In this document: positions 1 to 9,576 of the stretch, one piece after another
How the letters are laid out: each line of letters opens with the position of its first letter
Position numbering within the stretch: position 1 is the first letter of the stretch
Assembly (NCBI GenBank): GCA_046497565.1
Contig: JAWOFK010000060.1
Span: forward strand, 956-64,955
Source: Dehalococcoidia bacterium
GTDB taxonomy: Bacteria; Chloroflexota; Dehalococcoidia; GIF9; AB-539-J10
Length of the DNA: 64,000 bases
Reading direction: 5' to 3'
Translations under genes and position numbers: made by a program
Notes under the pieces: model-generated
Seen by the model: only the letters and a program-made list of their open reading frames with translations
Told to the model about the DNA's origin: nothing
Database searches by the model: none

Positions 1-369
1 TCATATGGAGGCCCTGCGGGCGACCTTTATATCACCCTTTCAGTACAGCCACACAAGTTATTCCAGAGACATGGCAGTGACATTCTTTATGAGCTATCAA
101 TCAATTTCGCCCAGGCCGCTCTGGGCGATGAGGTGAGAGTGCCCTCTTTGGATGGAAAGGTAGAGTTGAAGATACCGCCAGGAACTCAGAGCGGGGAAAC
201 CTTTCGCTTGAAAGGCAAGGGAATCCCTTATATTGATGCCAAGAAAAGAGGAGACTTGCTCGTGAAAGTGGACGTGATAACCCCACAACGTCTGGACAAG
301 AACCAGCGCCGCCTTCTTGAAGAACTGGCGAAAGTGCTGCCTCGCACTGAACCACCTATAGACGTCTAG
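1..369 (+). CDS. dnaJ: Chaperone DnaJ, C-terminal part (5' end lies outside the window)
   Basis: Frame 1 is open from base 1 to the TAG at 367-369. The translation (GDLYITLSVQPHKLFQRHGSDILYEL..VPSLDGKVELKIPPGTQSGETFRLKGKGIPY..GDLLVKVDVITPQRL) is the conserved DnaJ C-terminal client-binding region. Confidence 0.85.
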   Translation, partial: SYGGPAGDLYITLSVQPHKLFQRHGSDILYELSINFAQAALGDEVRVPSLDGKVELKIPPGTQSGETFRLKGKGIPYIDAKKRGDLLVKVDVITPQRLDKNQRRLLEELAKVLPRTEPPIDV

Positions 370-376
370 CTCAAGG

Positions 377-1339
377 TCAACAATGGCTTGCCGCTAGTTC
401 TCTGAACTCGATCAATGCTCGGCTTGGGGATAAGCCTTCAAAAAGAATTCCATGAATAAGGTTGATAACGGGTAATTCAAGGCCTTGGCTTTCTGCTAAC
501 TGGTGGGCTGCCATGGTGGTGGCGACTCCCTCGGCAACGTTCGGCATAGAAGCAGATATCTCAGGCAAAGAACGACCTTTGGCCAGTTCGTGGCCAACAT
601 AATGGTTACGGCTTAGAGTGCTGGAACAGGTAGCTATCAGGTCACCCAAACCAGCCAGGCCGTAAAAAGTGCCGGCACTGGCTCCCAAAGTCATCCCCAA
701 AGAAACCACCTCGGTCCATCCCCAGGCAATGAAGGCTCCCTTCGCATTGTCACCCAGGCCCAACCCATCTATCATGCCCGCTCCCAGGGCTATAATGTTT
801 TTCAGGGCTCCGCCCAATTCAACTCCGATGACATCATCGCTAGTGGATAACAAGAATTGGGGTGACTCCATTAGTTTCCGTCCTCTTTCCGCCAAGGCTA
901 TATCATGAGCGGCAATGATTGAAGCTGCAGGCAGGCCGCTGGAAATTTCCCTGGCTAGATTGGGACCAGAGACAACACAAATTTGCTGCCTCAAGGGAGG
1001 AGCAATTTCATCCGCCAGCACTTGTGACATCCTCTTACCACTATCTACTTCCAATCCCTTGACAGCACTCATCAATAGCATCGAATCGGTGAGATAATTC
1101 TTGACTTGATTGACGTTTTGTCTCAACCTCTGAGAGGGAACCGCCCAGATTGCCAGGTCAGCCCCATCCAGGGCTTCCTCAATATAGCTGGTAGAGGAAT
1201 AGCGATGCCCTCGCTGGTTTAGTTCTTCAGCCTCACCATCGCTTCGCGTCCATAGTCTTACCGTTGCGCCTTTGTCACTCAGCAACGTGCCTAAGGTGTT
1301 GCCCCAAGAGGTATTGCCTATGATAGTCACGTTAGGCAT
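377..1339 (-). CDS. gpsA: NAD(P)H-dependent glycerol-3-phosphate dehydrogenase
   Basis: 320 aa. N-terminal Rossmann segment VTIIGNTSWGNTLG and the GALKNIIALGAGM motif are present. Length and synteny with plsY and der are typical. Confidence 0.9.
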   Translation of the reverse strand: MPNVTIIGNTSWGNTLGTLLSDKGATVRLWTRSDGEAEELNQRGHRYSSTSYIEEALDGADLAIWAVPSQRLRQNVNQVKNYLTDSMLLMSAVKGLEVDSGKRMSQVLADEIAPPLRQQICVVSGPNLAREISSGLPAASIIAAHDIALAERGRKLMESPQFLLSTSDDVIGVELGGALKNIIALGAGMIDGLGLGDNAKGAFIAWGWTEVVSLGMTLGASAGTFYGLAGLGDLIATCSSTLSRNHYVGHELAKGRSLPEISASMPNVAEGVATTMAAHQLAESQGLELPVINLIHGILFEGLSPSRALIEFRELAASHC

Positions 1340-1355
1340 GGTCTATCTTGCTCTT

Positions 1356-2000
1356 TCACCATAACCGGCGTTCCGTGCCTTGTCTTAAGCGTTTTATGTT
1401 GTCCAAATGTTGGTAGATAACCAGGGCAACAACCACCGACCCGTAAGCTACATAGATAGGAGGGAAATTGTAAACTATGGTTAAGGGTATCATTAAACAC
1501 AAAGCAGCTAAAGCGCCGAGCAGGGAACCAAGGGACATATGCCGGCTGCGTAGTGCTGCTATAGCCACAACCTGGGCACCAAATATACCGGCCGGAGGAT
1601 AAATCGCGAACAACGTACCAAAATAGGCAGTGACCCCCCTGCCCCCTTTGAACTTGGCGAATACAGGCCAGTTATGCCCTGCTACCGTAGCCAGGCCCGC
1701 CGCAACCTGGGCCAAATGCTGCCAGTGCACAGACACACCGCCAACAGTTAAGATGCCATTTTCGCTACCTATAATTACAGTGGCCACTACGACTGCCCCG
1801 GCAGCTTTGGCCACATCGAGAACCAGGGTTAAGGCGGCCAGCTTCGTTCCTGCGGTTCTCATCACATTGGTAGCGCCAGTCTTACCACTTCCATATTCCC
1901 TGATATCCACTCCGCTCTTTAGCTTGCTTATTATCAAGCCGAAGGGAATGGAACCAAGGAGATAAGCAATGGCTACTACGGCGATGAACTCAGCTATCAT
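1356..2000 (-). CDS. plsY: Glycerol-3-phosphate acyltransferase PlsY
   Basis: 214-aa polytopic membrane protein with the GSGKTGATNVMR motif. It sits between gpsA and der. Confidence 0.9.
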   Translation of the reverse strand: MIAEFIAVVAIAYLLGSIPFGLIISKLKSGVDIREYGSGKTGATNVMRTAGTKLAALTLVLDVAKAAGAVVVATVIIGSENGILTVGGVSVHWQHLAQVAAGLATVAGHNWPVFAKFKGGRGVTAYFGTLFAIYPPAGIFGAQVVAIAALRSRHMSLGSLLGALAALCLMIPLTIVYNFPPIYVAYGSVVVALVIYQHLDNIKRLRQGTERRLW

Positions 2001-3340
2001 TATGCTCTCATCTCCGCCTTGGTATCTATTTTACGGGCAGCCTTGGCAAAAATCAACTTCAGAGGAACGCCGCGGAAACCGAGACCCTGGCGCAACTTAT
2101 TTTCCAGGTAGCGTTGATAGGAGAAATGAACCAACTGCGGGTCATTAACCTCTAGAACGAAAGTTGCCGGTTCAGATTCATCTTGATAGGTTCGAGCAAT
2201 GCGTAACCGCCTGGAACCTCTGCGGGGTGGGGGATGACTGCTTACCGCCTGTTTGACTAACTCATTGACTTCCGATCGGGGTACTCGCTTCTGTCTCTCC
2301 TGCCAGATTTCCCAGGCCTGGGGTAGAACCCTGTTTACTCCCTGTCCCAGTCGGGCGGAGATGTAGACAATAGGAGTGTAGGAGGCAAATCTAAATCTCC
2401 GCTCCGCAGCTTGTTTGAACTCCTGTCTCTGCACCTGAGGAACGAGGTCCCACTTGTTGACTACCAGCATCATGCCCTTTCCAGCCTCAATGATATAGCC
2501 CGCGATATGCATATCCTGGGCGGTGACAAATTCGCCGGCATCGACCAGTAACAGGGCTACATCACAGCGGTTAATGGCCTGGAGGGCGCGAATCAGACTA
2601 TAGTAGTCCACGCCAACATCGACCCTCCCTCGACGCTTAATCCCGGCGGTGTCGACCAGCAGGATTTCCTTATCGTGCCAACGAATCACAGCGTCAAGGG
2701 AGTCGCGCGTGGTCCCCGGAGATTCGTCGACAATCGCTCTTTCATCTCCCAGCAACGTATTCAAGAGAGTTGACTTGCCTACGTTGGGTCGCCCCACGAT
2801 GGCTAATCTGGCCTGTCTCGAATCGGCGACAGCCACAGGTTGCGCTGGCAGGGAAGTCAGTACGGCATCCATTAACTCATCCATCCCCCGATTATGGTGG
2901 GCACTGATGGCTATAGGGTCACCGATGCCCAGGTGGTAAAAATCGGCCGCCTGATTTGCTTGTTTCGGCGAATCCACCTTGTTAACCGCGAGTACAACGG
3001 GCTTGTCAGCCTGACGCAACGAATCAGCTATTTCCTCGTCGGCAGAAATAGGTCCGTCTCTGCCATCCACCAGGAAGATAACGGCATCCGCCCCGACAAT
3101 GGCTGCTTCCACCTGGTGCCTGACCTTCTGTTCCAGGCCCGATTGCGGCTTTGTCTGCCAGCCACCTGTGTCAACAACGGTCAGCTCCTGGCCCTGCCAG
3201 GAAGCAAGAGCAAAAACGCGGTCCCTGGTAGTTCCTGGCAGATCAGCAACTACAGCCACCCGCCTGCCTGCTAAGCGGTTAAGCAGGGTAGACTTGCCGA
3301 CGTTAGGCCGCCCGACAATGGCTACAATAGGCCTGGTCAT
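2000..3340 (-). CDS. der: Ribosome-biogenesis GTPase Der (EngA)
   Basis: 446 aa with two tandem GTPase domains (GRPNVGKST twice, DTGG/DTAG, NKVD/NKWD) and a KH-like C-terminus. Confidence 0.95.
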   Translation of the reverse strand: MTRPIVAIVGRPNVGKSTLLNRLAGRRVAVVADLPGTTRDRVFALASWQGQELTVVDTGGWQTKPQSGLEQKVRHQVEAAIVGADAVIFLVDGRDGPISADEEIADSLRQADKPVVLAVNKVDSPKQANQAADFYHLGIGDPIAISAHHNRGMDELMDAVLTSLPAQPVAVADSRQARLAIVGRPNVGKSTLLNTLLGDERAIVDESPGTTRDSLDAVIRWHDKEILLVDTAGIKRRGRVDVGVDYYSLIRALQAINRCDVALLLVDAGEFVTAQDMHIAGYIIEAGKGMMLVVNKWDLVPQVQRQEFKQAAERRFRFASYTPIVYISARLGQGVNRVLPQAWEIWQERQKRVPRSEVNELVKQAVSSHPPPRRGSRRLRIARTYQDESEPATFVLEVNDPQLVHFSYQRYLENKLRQGLGFRGVPLKLIFAKAARKIDTKAEMRA

Positions 3341-4269
3341 GTGCCCATTCCCTTTGAACTTGGGAGAATTCCGGCCAACAGTGCCTTTTGTAGATGGAGC
3401 CTGTTCTCCGCCTGGTCGAATACTATTGACCGGGGGTCGTCCAGCAGCCCACGGGAGATTTCCTCGCCATGGTGGGCCGGCAAGGGATGCATAAACAGAA
3501 CATCTCCTTTGGCCAAGCTTAATAATCTGTCATCTACCTGATAGCCGGAAAAGGCAAGACGGCGGTTCTCTGCTTCAGTCTCCTGGCCCATGCTGGTCCA
3601 CACATCAGTATATACTATGTCGGCGTCTTTGGCTGCCTCATAGACATTGCTCGTTAGCTGAATCTGGCTGCCACTAACAGCAGCGAATTCCTTTCCTTGG
3701 TTCAACACCGCCTCCTTGACACCATAGCCTGACGGCGCGGCAAGGTGGAAATTCATGCCCAGCACACAGGCAGAGAGGAGTAAGCTGTTTGCCACATTGT
3801 TGCTATCACCAATGAATGCCAAGGTCAAGCCAGGGAGCCTGCCTTTCTTCTCACAAATGGTGAGAACGTCGGCGAGAGCCTGACAGGGATGTTCCAGGTC
3901 CGAAAGGGCATTAATTACCGGCACAGAAGAATGGTCAGCCAGAGTACGCAAAGTGTCGTGGGAAAAAGTGCGAGCGGCGATGCCATCGACATATCGGCTG
4001 AGCACCCGTGCCACATCAGCCACTGACTCTCGCTTGCCCAAGCCTACCTCTTCTGGAGACAGGTAGATGCTGTGTCCACCCAGTTGATGCATAGCTATCT
4101 CAAAGCTGACCCTGGTTCGCAAGGAGGGCTTCTCAAAAAGGAGAGCCAGCGTCCTTCCTGAGAGCAGCGGTTGTGCCCCTGCTTGCTTCATACGCAAGGC
4201 CTGCTCTATCAGCTGTTCAATCGCCTTACGGTTGAGGTCGGATACTGAGAGCAAATCCTTTCTTTTCAT
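3337..4269 (-). CDS. Ornithine carbamoyltransferase-like transcarbamylase (variant HPLP motif)
   Basis: 310 aa. It has the carbamoyl-phosphate motifs SLRTRVSFE and HPCQALAD and the OTC-type loop DVWTSMG. The usual HCLP motif reads FMHPLPAHHGEE. Confidence 0.8.
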   Translation of the reverse strand: MKRKDLLSVSDLNRKAIEQLIEQALRMKQAGAQPLLSGRTLALLFEKPSLRTRVSFEIAMHQLGGHSIYLSPEEVGLGKRESVADVARVLSRYVDGIAARTFSHDTLRTLADHSSVPVINALSDLEHPCQALADVLTICEKKGRLPGLTLAFIGDSNNVANSLLLSACVLGMNFHLAAPSGYGVKEAVLNQGKEFAAVSGSQIQLTSNVYEAAKDADIVYTDVWTSMGQETEAENRRLAFSGYQVDDRLLSLAKGDVLFMHPLPAHHGEEISRGLLDDPRSIVFDQAENRLHLQKALLAGILPSSKGMGT

Positions 4270-4374
4270 CCTTCTCCTGCCTTGATACTACTTCAGCATA
4301 TCACATTTGTCAATCGATAGACGCACGAAGATGTTGCTCGACTTTCTATACCACCGCATGATCCTGCACCAAGC

Positions 4375-4461
4375 TTCAAACTTGTTACTGAGAACGGCGA
4401 ACTGCATAAACTATGTTACAATGAGGCCGACAACCAATGGTATGCTGTCGAATTGAAGCTT
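4375..4461 (+). pseudogene. Degenerate partial duplicate of the 3' end of the downstream small ORF
   Basis: Frame-1 translation FKLVTENGELHKLCYNEADNQWYAVELKL parallels the C-terminus FKVVTENGKLFELCYNEAADRWSALELML of the 4482-4700 ORF. The frame has no start codon after the stop at 4318-4320. Confidence 0.35.
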
Positions 4462-4481
4462 GCGGTATGCCAGGAGAGCAT

Positions 4482-4700
4482 ATGGACATAAGTGTGAAAT
4501 GCTACTCAGGCTATGTCTACGCCGAAGAACCGCGGTCTTTTGTCTGGCGAGAAAAGGAACTGGGCATAAAGTCAATAGAAAAAACATGGCGGGAACCGGG
4601 CAGAAGGCTATTCAAGGTTGTTACCGAAAATGGTAAACTATTTGAACTGTGTTACAATGAAGCAGCGGACCGATGGTCCGCTCTCGAATTGATGCTTTGA
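4482..4700 (+). CDS. Small hypothetical protein (72 aa; ORF is open from 4437)
   Basis: ORF track 4437-4700. The internal ATG at 4482 is preceded by AGGAGAG. I recognise no family. Confidence 0.4.
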   Translation: MDISVKCYSGYVYAEEPRSFVWREKELGIKSIEKTWREPGRRLFKVVTENGKLFELCYNEAADRWSALELML

Positions 4701-4709
4701 GGAGAACTC

Positions 4710-5192
4710 GTGAAAGAGATTTTTGAAATTCTGGAACAGGATGCCCGGACAACTCCTGAGCAGATTGCCACCATGGTGGATAAACCTGTCAGTGAGGTAG
4801 AGAAAACAATCAGGCAAGGCGAAAAAGACGGTACTATTCTGAAGTATAAGACCATAGTGAATTGGCCCAGATTAGGCGAGGAGGCTACATGGGCCTTAAT
4901 TGAAGTCAGAGTAACACCACAACGTGGAGTTGGCTTCGATGCCATTGCTGAGCGCATTTATAAATTCCCTGAAGTCTATTCTGCTTACCTGGTTTCTGGC
5001 ACCTATGACCTCGCCATAATGGTGAAGGGCAAGAATATGCAGGAAATTTCCAGTTTTGTCACGGAGAAGCTAGCCACCTTAGACAGGGTACAGAGCACCG
5101 TCACGCATTTCCTCCTTAAACGATACAAAGAGAGTGGAGAGACTTTCTACCTTCCCAAGGAAATAAATAAACGTTTGCCAATAACGCCGTAG
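4710..5192 (+). CDS. Lrp/AsnC family transcriptional regulator
   Basis: 160 aa with a GTG start. It has an N-terminal HTH (ILEQDARTTPEQIATMV) and a C-terminal RAM/AsnC-type ligand domain (YLVSGTYDLAIMVK). Confidence 0.85.
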   Translation: MKEIFEILEQDARTTPEQIATMVDKPVSEVEKTIRQGEKDGTILKYKTIVNWPRLGEEATWALIEVRVTPQRGVGFDAIAERIYKFPEVYSAYLVSGTYDLAIMVKGKNMQEISSFVTEKLATLDRVQSTVTHFLLKRYKESGETFYLPKEINKRLPITP

Positions 5193-5193
5193 C

Positions 5194-6399
5194 ATGTCGA
5201 ACACGAAGTCCGTTCCAACTGAAGCCCGGGATAACCTGATTTCACAACAAGTGGATGGCCTTCCGCCATCGGGCATCAGGAAGTTCTTCGACCTGCTTTC
5301 CTCCCTGGAAGACGTTATCTCACTTGGTATAGGTGAGCCTGATTTCGTTACCCCCTGGCATATCAGAGAGGCGGGCACGTATTCTCTGGAAAAGGGATAC
5401 ACCATGTACACCTCAAACTCGGGCATGCTGGAATTACGCCAGGAATTAGGCAGCTACCTGGAGCGTCGCTACGGGGTGAGCTATCATCCTGAGGATGAAA
5501 TCCTTATTACCACGGGAAGCAGTGAAGGATTAGACCTTGCTATGAGGGCAATTATCAACCCCGGTGACGAGGTTATAATTCCCAGCCCCTGCTATGTCGC
5601 TTATCCCGCCAATGTCATCCTGGCCGGCGGCGTGCCCGTCCTGGTTCCCACAAACGAAGAAACCGATTTTGTCGTCAGGGCAACTGACATTGAAGCCTGT
5701 ATCACAAAAAGGACGAAGGCCATTCTGTTAGGCTACCCGGCAAATCCCACTGGTGCAGTTATGCCTGAATCGCAGGCCAGTCTTGTTGTCGATCTGGCCA
5801 GGAAGCATAACTTGCTGGTGATATCCGATGAGATATATGCCCGTTTAGTATACGGAGTGGAGCATATTTGCTTTCCCAGCCTTCCCAATATGAAGGAGCG
5901 TACCATACTGGTTAGCGGATTTTCCAAATCCCATGCCATGACTGGTTGGCGCATTGGCTATGTGGCAGCCGAGCGCCGTTTCATCCAGGCCCTGACAAAA
6001 ATACATCAATACACCATGCTCTGTGCCCCGACGATGGCCCAGATGGCAGCCATAGAGGCCCTGAGAAACGGGGAAGCGGAAGTCGAAAGGATGGTTCAAG
6101 AATACAACAGACGCCGTCGCTTAATGGTCAAGAGATTGAATGACATTGGTCTACCTTGTTTCGAGCCCAAGGGCGCTTTCTATGCCTTTCCCTCTATAAG
6201 AGCTAGCGGAATGAATTCAGAAGAGTTTGCTGGAAAGCTACTGAAAGAGGAAAGGGTTGCCGTCGTGCCCGGCACTGCTTTTGGACCATGCGGAGAAGGT
6301 TTTGTCCGCTGCTGCTATGCTACTTCGTTACCCAACATCGAGGAAGCACTCAAAAGAATGGACAGGTTCCTGAGAAAAAGCAGGCGGAGCACAGCATAG
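5194..6399 (+). CDS. Class I/II pyridoxal-phosphate aminotransferase (aspartate/aromatic type)
   Basis: 401 aa with the PLP-lysine motif SGFSKSHAMTGWRIGY and an NPTG segment. It is tightly coupled to the Lrp gene (1-nt gap). Confidence 0.9.
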   Translation: MSNTKSVPTEARDNLISQQVDGLPPSGIRKFFDLLSSLEDVISLGIGEPDFVTPWHIREAGTYSLEKGYTMYTSNSGMLELRQELGSYLERRYGVSYHPEDEILITTGSSEGLDLAMRAIINPGDEVIIPSPCYVAYPANVILAGGVPVLVPTNEETDFVVRATDIEACITKRTKAILLGYPANPTGAVMPESQASLVVDLARKHNLLVISDEIYARLVYGVEHICFPSLPNMKERTILVSGFSKSHAMTGWRIGYVAAERRFIQALTKIHQYTMLCAPTMAQMAAIEALRNGEAEVERMVQEYNRRRRLMVKRLNDIGLPCFEPKGAFYAFPSIRASGMNSEEFAGKLLKEERVAVVPGTAFGPCGEGFVRCCYATSLPNIEEALKRMDRFLRKSRRSTA

Positions 6400-6445
6400 T
6401 GAAGAGCCATATCCCCGGCTGTCCCTGGCTCCAGCCACATCCAAA

Positions 6446-7258
6446 TCAGGGGGAACTCTCAATTGTGGTACATCTCTCCCCAGCCATCAAAGCCGCCCCC
6501 AGGGCAGCTACAACCTGCGGCTCCTCAGGAACCAGAAGGCTGCAGCCTAAGCTTTCCTCTATGCTCTTGACCAGTCCGATATCCTTAGCCCCACCACCCA
6601 CCAGTGCACAATCAGGCTCAATCCCCAGCCTCTCCACCATGGTCTGAACCTTGGCCGCCAAAGTCCGGTGAAGACCGGCCAGAATGTCCTCCTTGGCAGC
6701 GCCTTCAGCAATGCGGGATACCGCCTCCGATTCAGCGAATACAGCACAGCCGGTGTTGAAGTCGACCCTGTTGCGCGATTTCAGCGATAGCTCACCAATG
6801 TCCTTGAGCTCGATCTGCAGCACCCTGGCAATGACCTGAAGGAAACGACCGCTTCCGGCAGCGCATTTTTCACTGAATAGAAAGGCGGTGGCCCTTCCCC
6901 GGTTATCCACCCTGAACACCCTGGTGAACTGGCCACCAATATCAATTGCAGTTCGGGCGGTGCTAAACAGATAATACACGCCCCTGGCCAGACACGATAT
7001 GTCAGAAGCCGCACCATTGGCAAAGGAGACATTAGCAGCACCGTACCCGGTGGCTACAGTATAATCTATGTCCTCCAAAGACAGCTTTGCCTTAGTCAGA
7101 GCCTCCCCTATCACATCTTCAGCAACGCGCTTATAATTACCCCCCGAGGGCACGACGTGATACGACATGATTTCATTCTTGGCCATTATCACTGCTTTGG
7201 AAAACGCAGAGCCAATATCAACACCGCCAACATAGACCATTATTGTTTTAGAACCCAA
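6446..7258 (-). CDS. BcrAD/BadFG-type ATPase subunit of a benzoyl-CoA-reductase-like enzyme (BzdQ/BcrD-like)
   Basis: 270 aa with the acetate/sugar-kinase fold motif GVDIGS. The two cluster-bridging cysteine motifs EKCAAGSGRF and GCAVFAESE are present. Confidence 0.8.
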   Translation of the reverse strand: MGSKTIMVYVGGVDIGSAFSKAVIMAKNEIMSYHVVPSGGNYKRVAEDVIGEALTKAKLSLEDIDYTVATGYGAANVSFANGAASDISCLARGVYYLFSTARTAIDIGGQFTRVFRVDNRGRATAFLFSEKCAAGSGRFLQVIARVLQIELKDIGELSLKSRNRVDFNTGCAVFAESEAVSRIAEGAAKEDILAGLHRTLAAKVQTMVERLGIEPDCALVGGGAKDIGLVKSIEESLGCSLLVPEEPQVVAALGAALMAGERCTTIESSP

Positions 7259-7313
7259 CCCCTTCAGTTTTCGTGGGCCTCACCCCCTCTGCCTCTTCCC
7301 CCACGTCGCACGA

Positions 7314-8174
7314 TTATGTAAACAGGGTCGCCTCCTCTAATTTACGTTCACGCCTGGGCAACGGCGTGCCACTCTCGGCAGCCTGTTTAACAATATCACT
7401 CCCCAGCAGAGCAGCGCCTATAGCTCCAGTAAGCAAAGGCTCAGGAGGCAGCACCACCGGAAAGCCCAATTTGGCTTCCAACGCCTTGACCAGGCCTATA
7501 TTCTTGGCCCCACCGCCGGTCAGGGCCACCTCCCTCTCTATCTTCAAACGCCTTACCATGCCGTATATCCTGGAGGCAATCGCTTCGTACAGACCCGCAA
7601 CAATATCAGGCAGCGGCAGACCTTCCGACAGCTTAGCCGTTACCTCCTGGGCAGCAAAAACGGTACAGATGTTACTTATCTCAACCTTACTTGTGGCCTC
7701 CAGGTATAATCTCCCCATATCCTCCAGGCTGACACCCAGTCCCTCTGCCATCACCTCCAGAAACCTGCCCGTCCCGGCAGCACATTTATCATTCATGACG
7801 AAGTCCACCACTCGACCATTGCTTAGCTTAATTCCCTTACTGTCCTGGCCACCGATGTCAATCACCAACCTTGCCGCGGGCAGCAGGTAACTAACCCCTC
7901 GGGCATGACACGATATCTCGGTTATTTGCTTATCGGCAAAGGGGACATTGATTCGGCCATAACCGGTAGCCACCACGTAGGTTATAGCATCAAAGGACAG
8001 GTTGGCCTGGGCCAGGGCTTCCTCCATCACCCGATTAGCTAACTTCCTGTGCTCGGGACCCGTGGGACCGATGACCGAGGCAAGCATTGCCTGGTCCATG
8101 ATCACTACCTTGGTCATGGTGGAACCGATGTCAACCCCGGCAAAATAATGGGTCAACGTAGCTCCCACTTGCAC
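7314..8174 (-). CDS. BcrAD/BadFG-type ATPase subunit, second copy (BzdP/BcrA-like)
   Basis: 286 aa with GVDIGST, NDKCAAGTGRF and ICTVFAAQE. It is a paralog of the neighbouring 270-aa ATPase. Confidence 0.8.
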   Translation of the reverse strand: MQVGATLTHYFAGVDIGSTMTKVVIMDQAMLASVIGPTGPEHRKLANRVMEEALAQANLSFDAITYVVATGYGRINVPFADKQITEISCHARGVSYLLPAARLVIDIGGQDSKGIKLSNGRVVDFVMNDKCAAGTGRFLEVMAEGLGVSLEDMGRLYLEATSKVEISNICTVFAAQEVTAKLSEGLPLPDIVAGLYEAIASRIYGMVRRLKIEREVALTGGGAKNIGLVKALEAKLGFPVVLPPEPLLTGAIGAALLGSDIVKQAAESGTPLPRRERKLEEATLFT

Positions 8175-8204
8175 TGAATTGCACCCGTAGTCGTTTTCAG
8201 GAAT

Positions 8205-9554
8205 TCACTTTCCCCGACTCTTAACCGCTTCTAACGTGTCGATAAAGGCGTCTATCCTGGCCTTGGTGTCAGCCTCATTGTAGGAACTGATGTCGACGAT
8301 ATCGCTCTCCAGGATTAGCGACGGAAGGTCTCTGTATATCTTCTTCAGTTGATTGAGTTGCCAGATTAAGCCTACATGCCAGGTACGACAGGAAAAGGCC
8401 TCGTGCATTACTATGCCATCTATCTTGTAATCTTCAATATACTGAATCAGCCTCTCGACATCAGGGTGAGAGCCGGGACGTTTCCTGGCCTTATCATACC
8501 AATAAGTCCAATACTTTAACCATCTCCAGGCAATATGCTCCAGGGGGTCCCTGACCTTGGACAAATCGATATCAAAATTATAGACCGCCTCCACCATCCG
8601 GTAAGTGGTCTCCACCGGAAAAACGGCTCCCTTGCTGTTGAAGTAGTTGAAATCGGTCAGGGCAAACCACGATGGCAACCCCCCACCCCAAATCAGCCGG
8701 TATTTCTCATCGGGAACCTCACCCTGCTTGTTGGCTGTCTTACTCTTCAACTCATCATTCAGTTCCTTGAAAAAATCATAGGCTTCCTGAGTTGCCATCA
8801 TAAATACTATGGGCACCATGGTATTCATAGCATCTCCGGTACCCATGGGGGAAGGGACAGCTCTACGCAACTCATATGTCTCCCAGATCAAGTTCCAGGT
8901 CCTGTCAGTCAGGTCAACAAGCTCACTGAGCCTGTCCCAGTCCATTTTCTTACCGGTATGCCTCTCTAGAAACGCTACCAGCCCTCTTAGCTCCTCAACT
9001 ATGTACTTCACATAGTAGTCCTGTACCTCCCGGTAGTCATAATCAGACTCATACGGTGGCCAGGGAAGGCCTACATCATAGACAGGAACGTCAGGCATAT
9101 AATGCTGCGCTGCCTGATACCACTTGTTTCTCGGGTCACAAAGTATCTGGCCACTACCGAGCATTACGTCAGGTCTCACCTGTCCTCCCCAGGGGGCGTT
9201 GGGAGGCATTTCCCCCAGTTCCTCGCGCCAGGCATCAAAACCTATACCACAGAGGGCATACGTACACAGGGAACGGGATAGGTTTTCCGATTCCGCCCTC
9301 TCCAGAAATCTCTGAGCATCACGCTTGGCCCCACATATGCCGGCATAGTTCTCAGTCCATGCTGGCACTATGTCCATAGCCCTTATAATTTCGTCGTAGC
9401 AACAGCAAATGAAGGTATAAGCTATCGGTTTGCCCTCGGCTTTCGCCTGCGACACACCGGTAATCATAGCCTTGACCATCGGCCCTATTTTGGCTGCCGA
9501 TTCAGTAGCTGTTCCTCTCTTTGCCCTTTGCTCGGCTTTCTTCTCTTCAGTCAT
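8205..9554 (-). CDS. 2-hydroxyacyl-CoA dehydratase/benzoyl-CoA reductase family subunit (BzdO/BcrB-like)
   Basis: 449 aa, a HgdA/BcrB-like size. It is cysteine-rich and sits in an operon with a HgdB/BcrC-like subunit and two ATPases. Confidence 0.75.
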   Translation of the reverse strand: MTEEKKAEQRAKRGTATESAAKIGPMVKAMITGVSQAKAEGKPIAYTFICCCYDEIIRAMDIVPAWTENYAGICGAKRDAQRFLERAESENLSRSLCTYALCGIGFDAWREELGEMPPNAPWGGQVRPDVMLGSGQILCDPRNKWYQAAQHYMPDVPVYDVGLPWPPYESDYDYREVQDYYVKYIVEELRGLVAFLERHTGKKMDWDRLSELVDLTDRTWNLIWETYELRRAVPSPMGTGDAMNTMVPIVFMMATQEAYDFFKELNDELKSKTANKQGEVPDEKYRLIWGGGLPSWFALTDFNYFNSKGAVFPVETTYRMVEAVYNFDIDLSKVRDPLEHIAWRWLKYWTYWYDKARKRPGSHPDVERLIQYIEDYKIDGIVMHEAFSCRTWHVGLIWQLNQLKKIYRDLPSLILESDIVDISSYNEADTKARIDAFIDTLEAVKSRGK

Positions 9555-9576
9555 AACCTTTTTCCTTCGTATGTCA

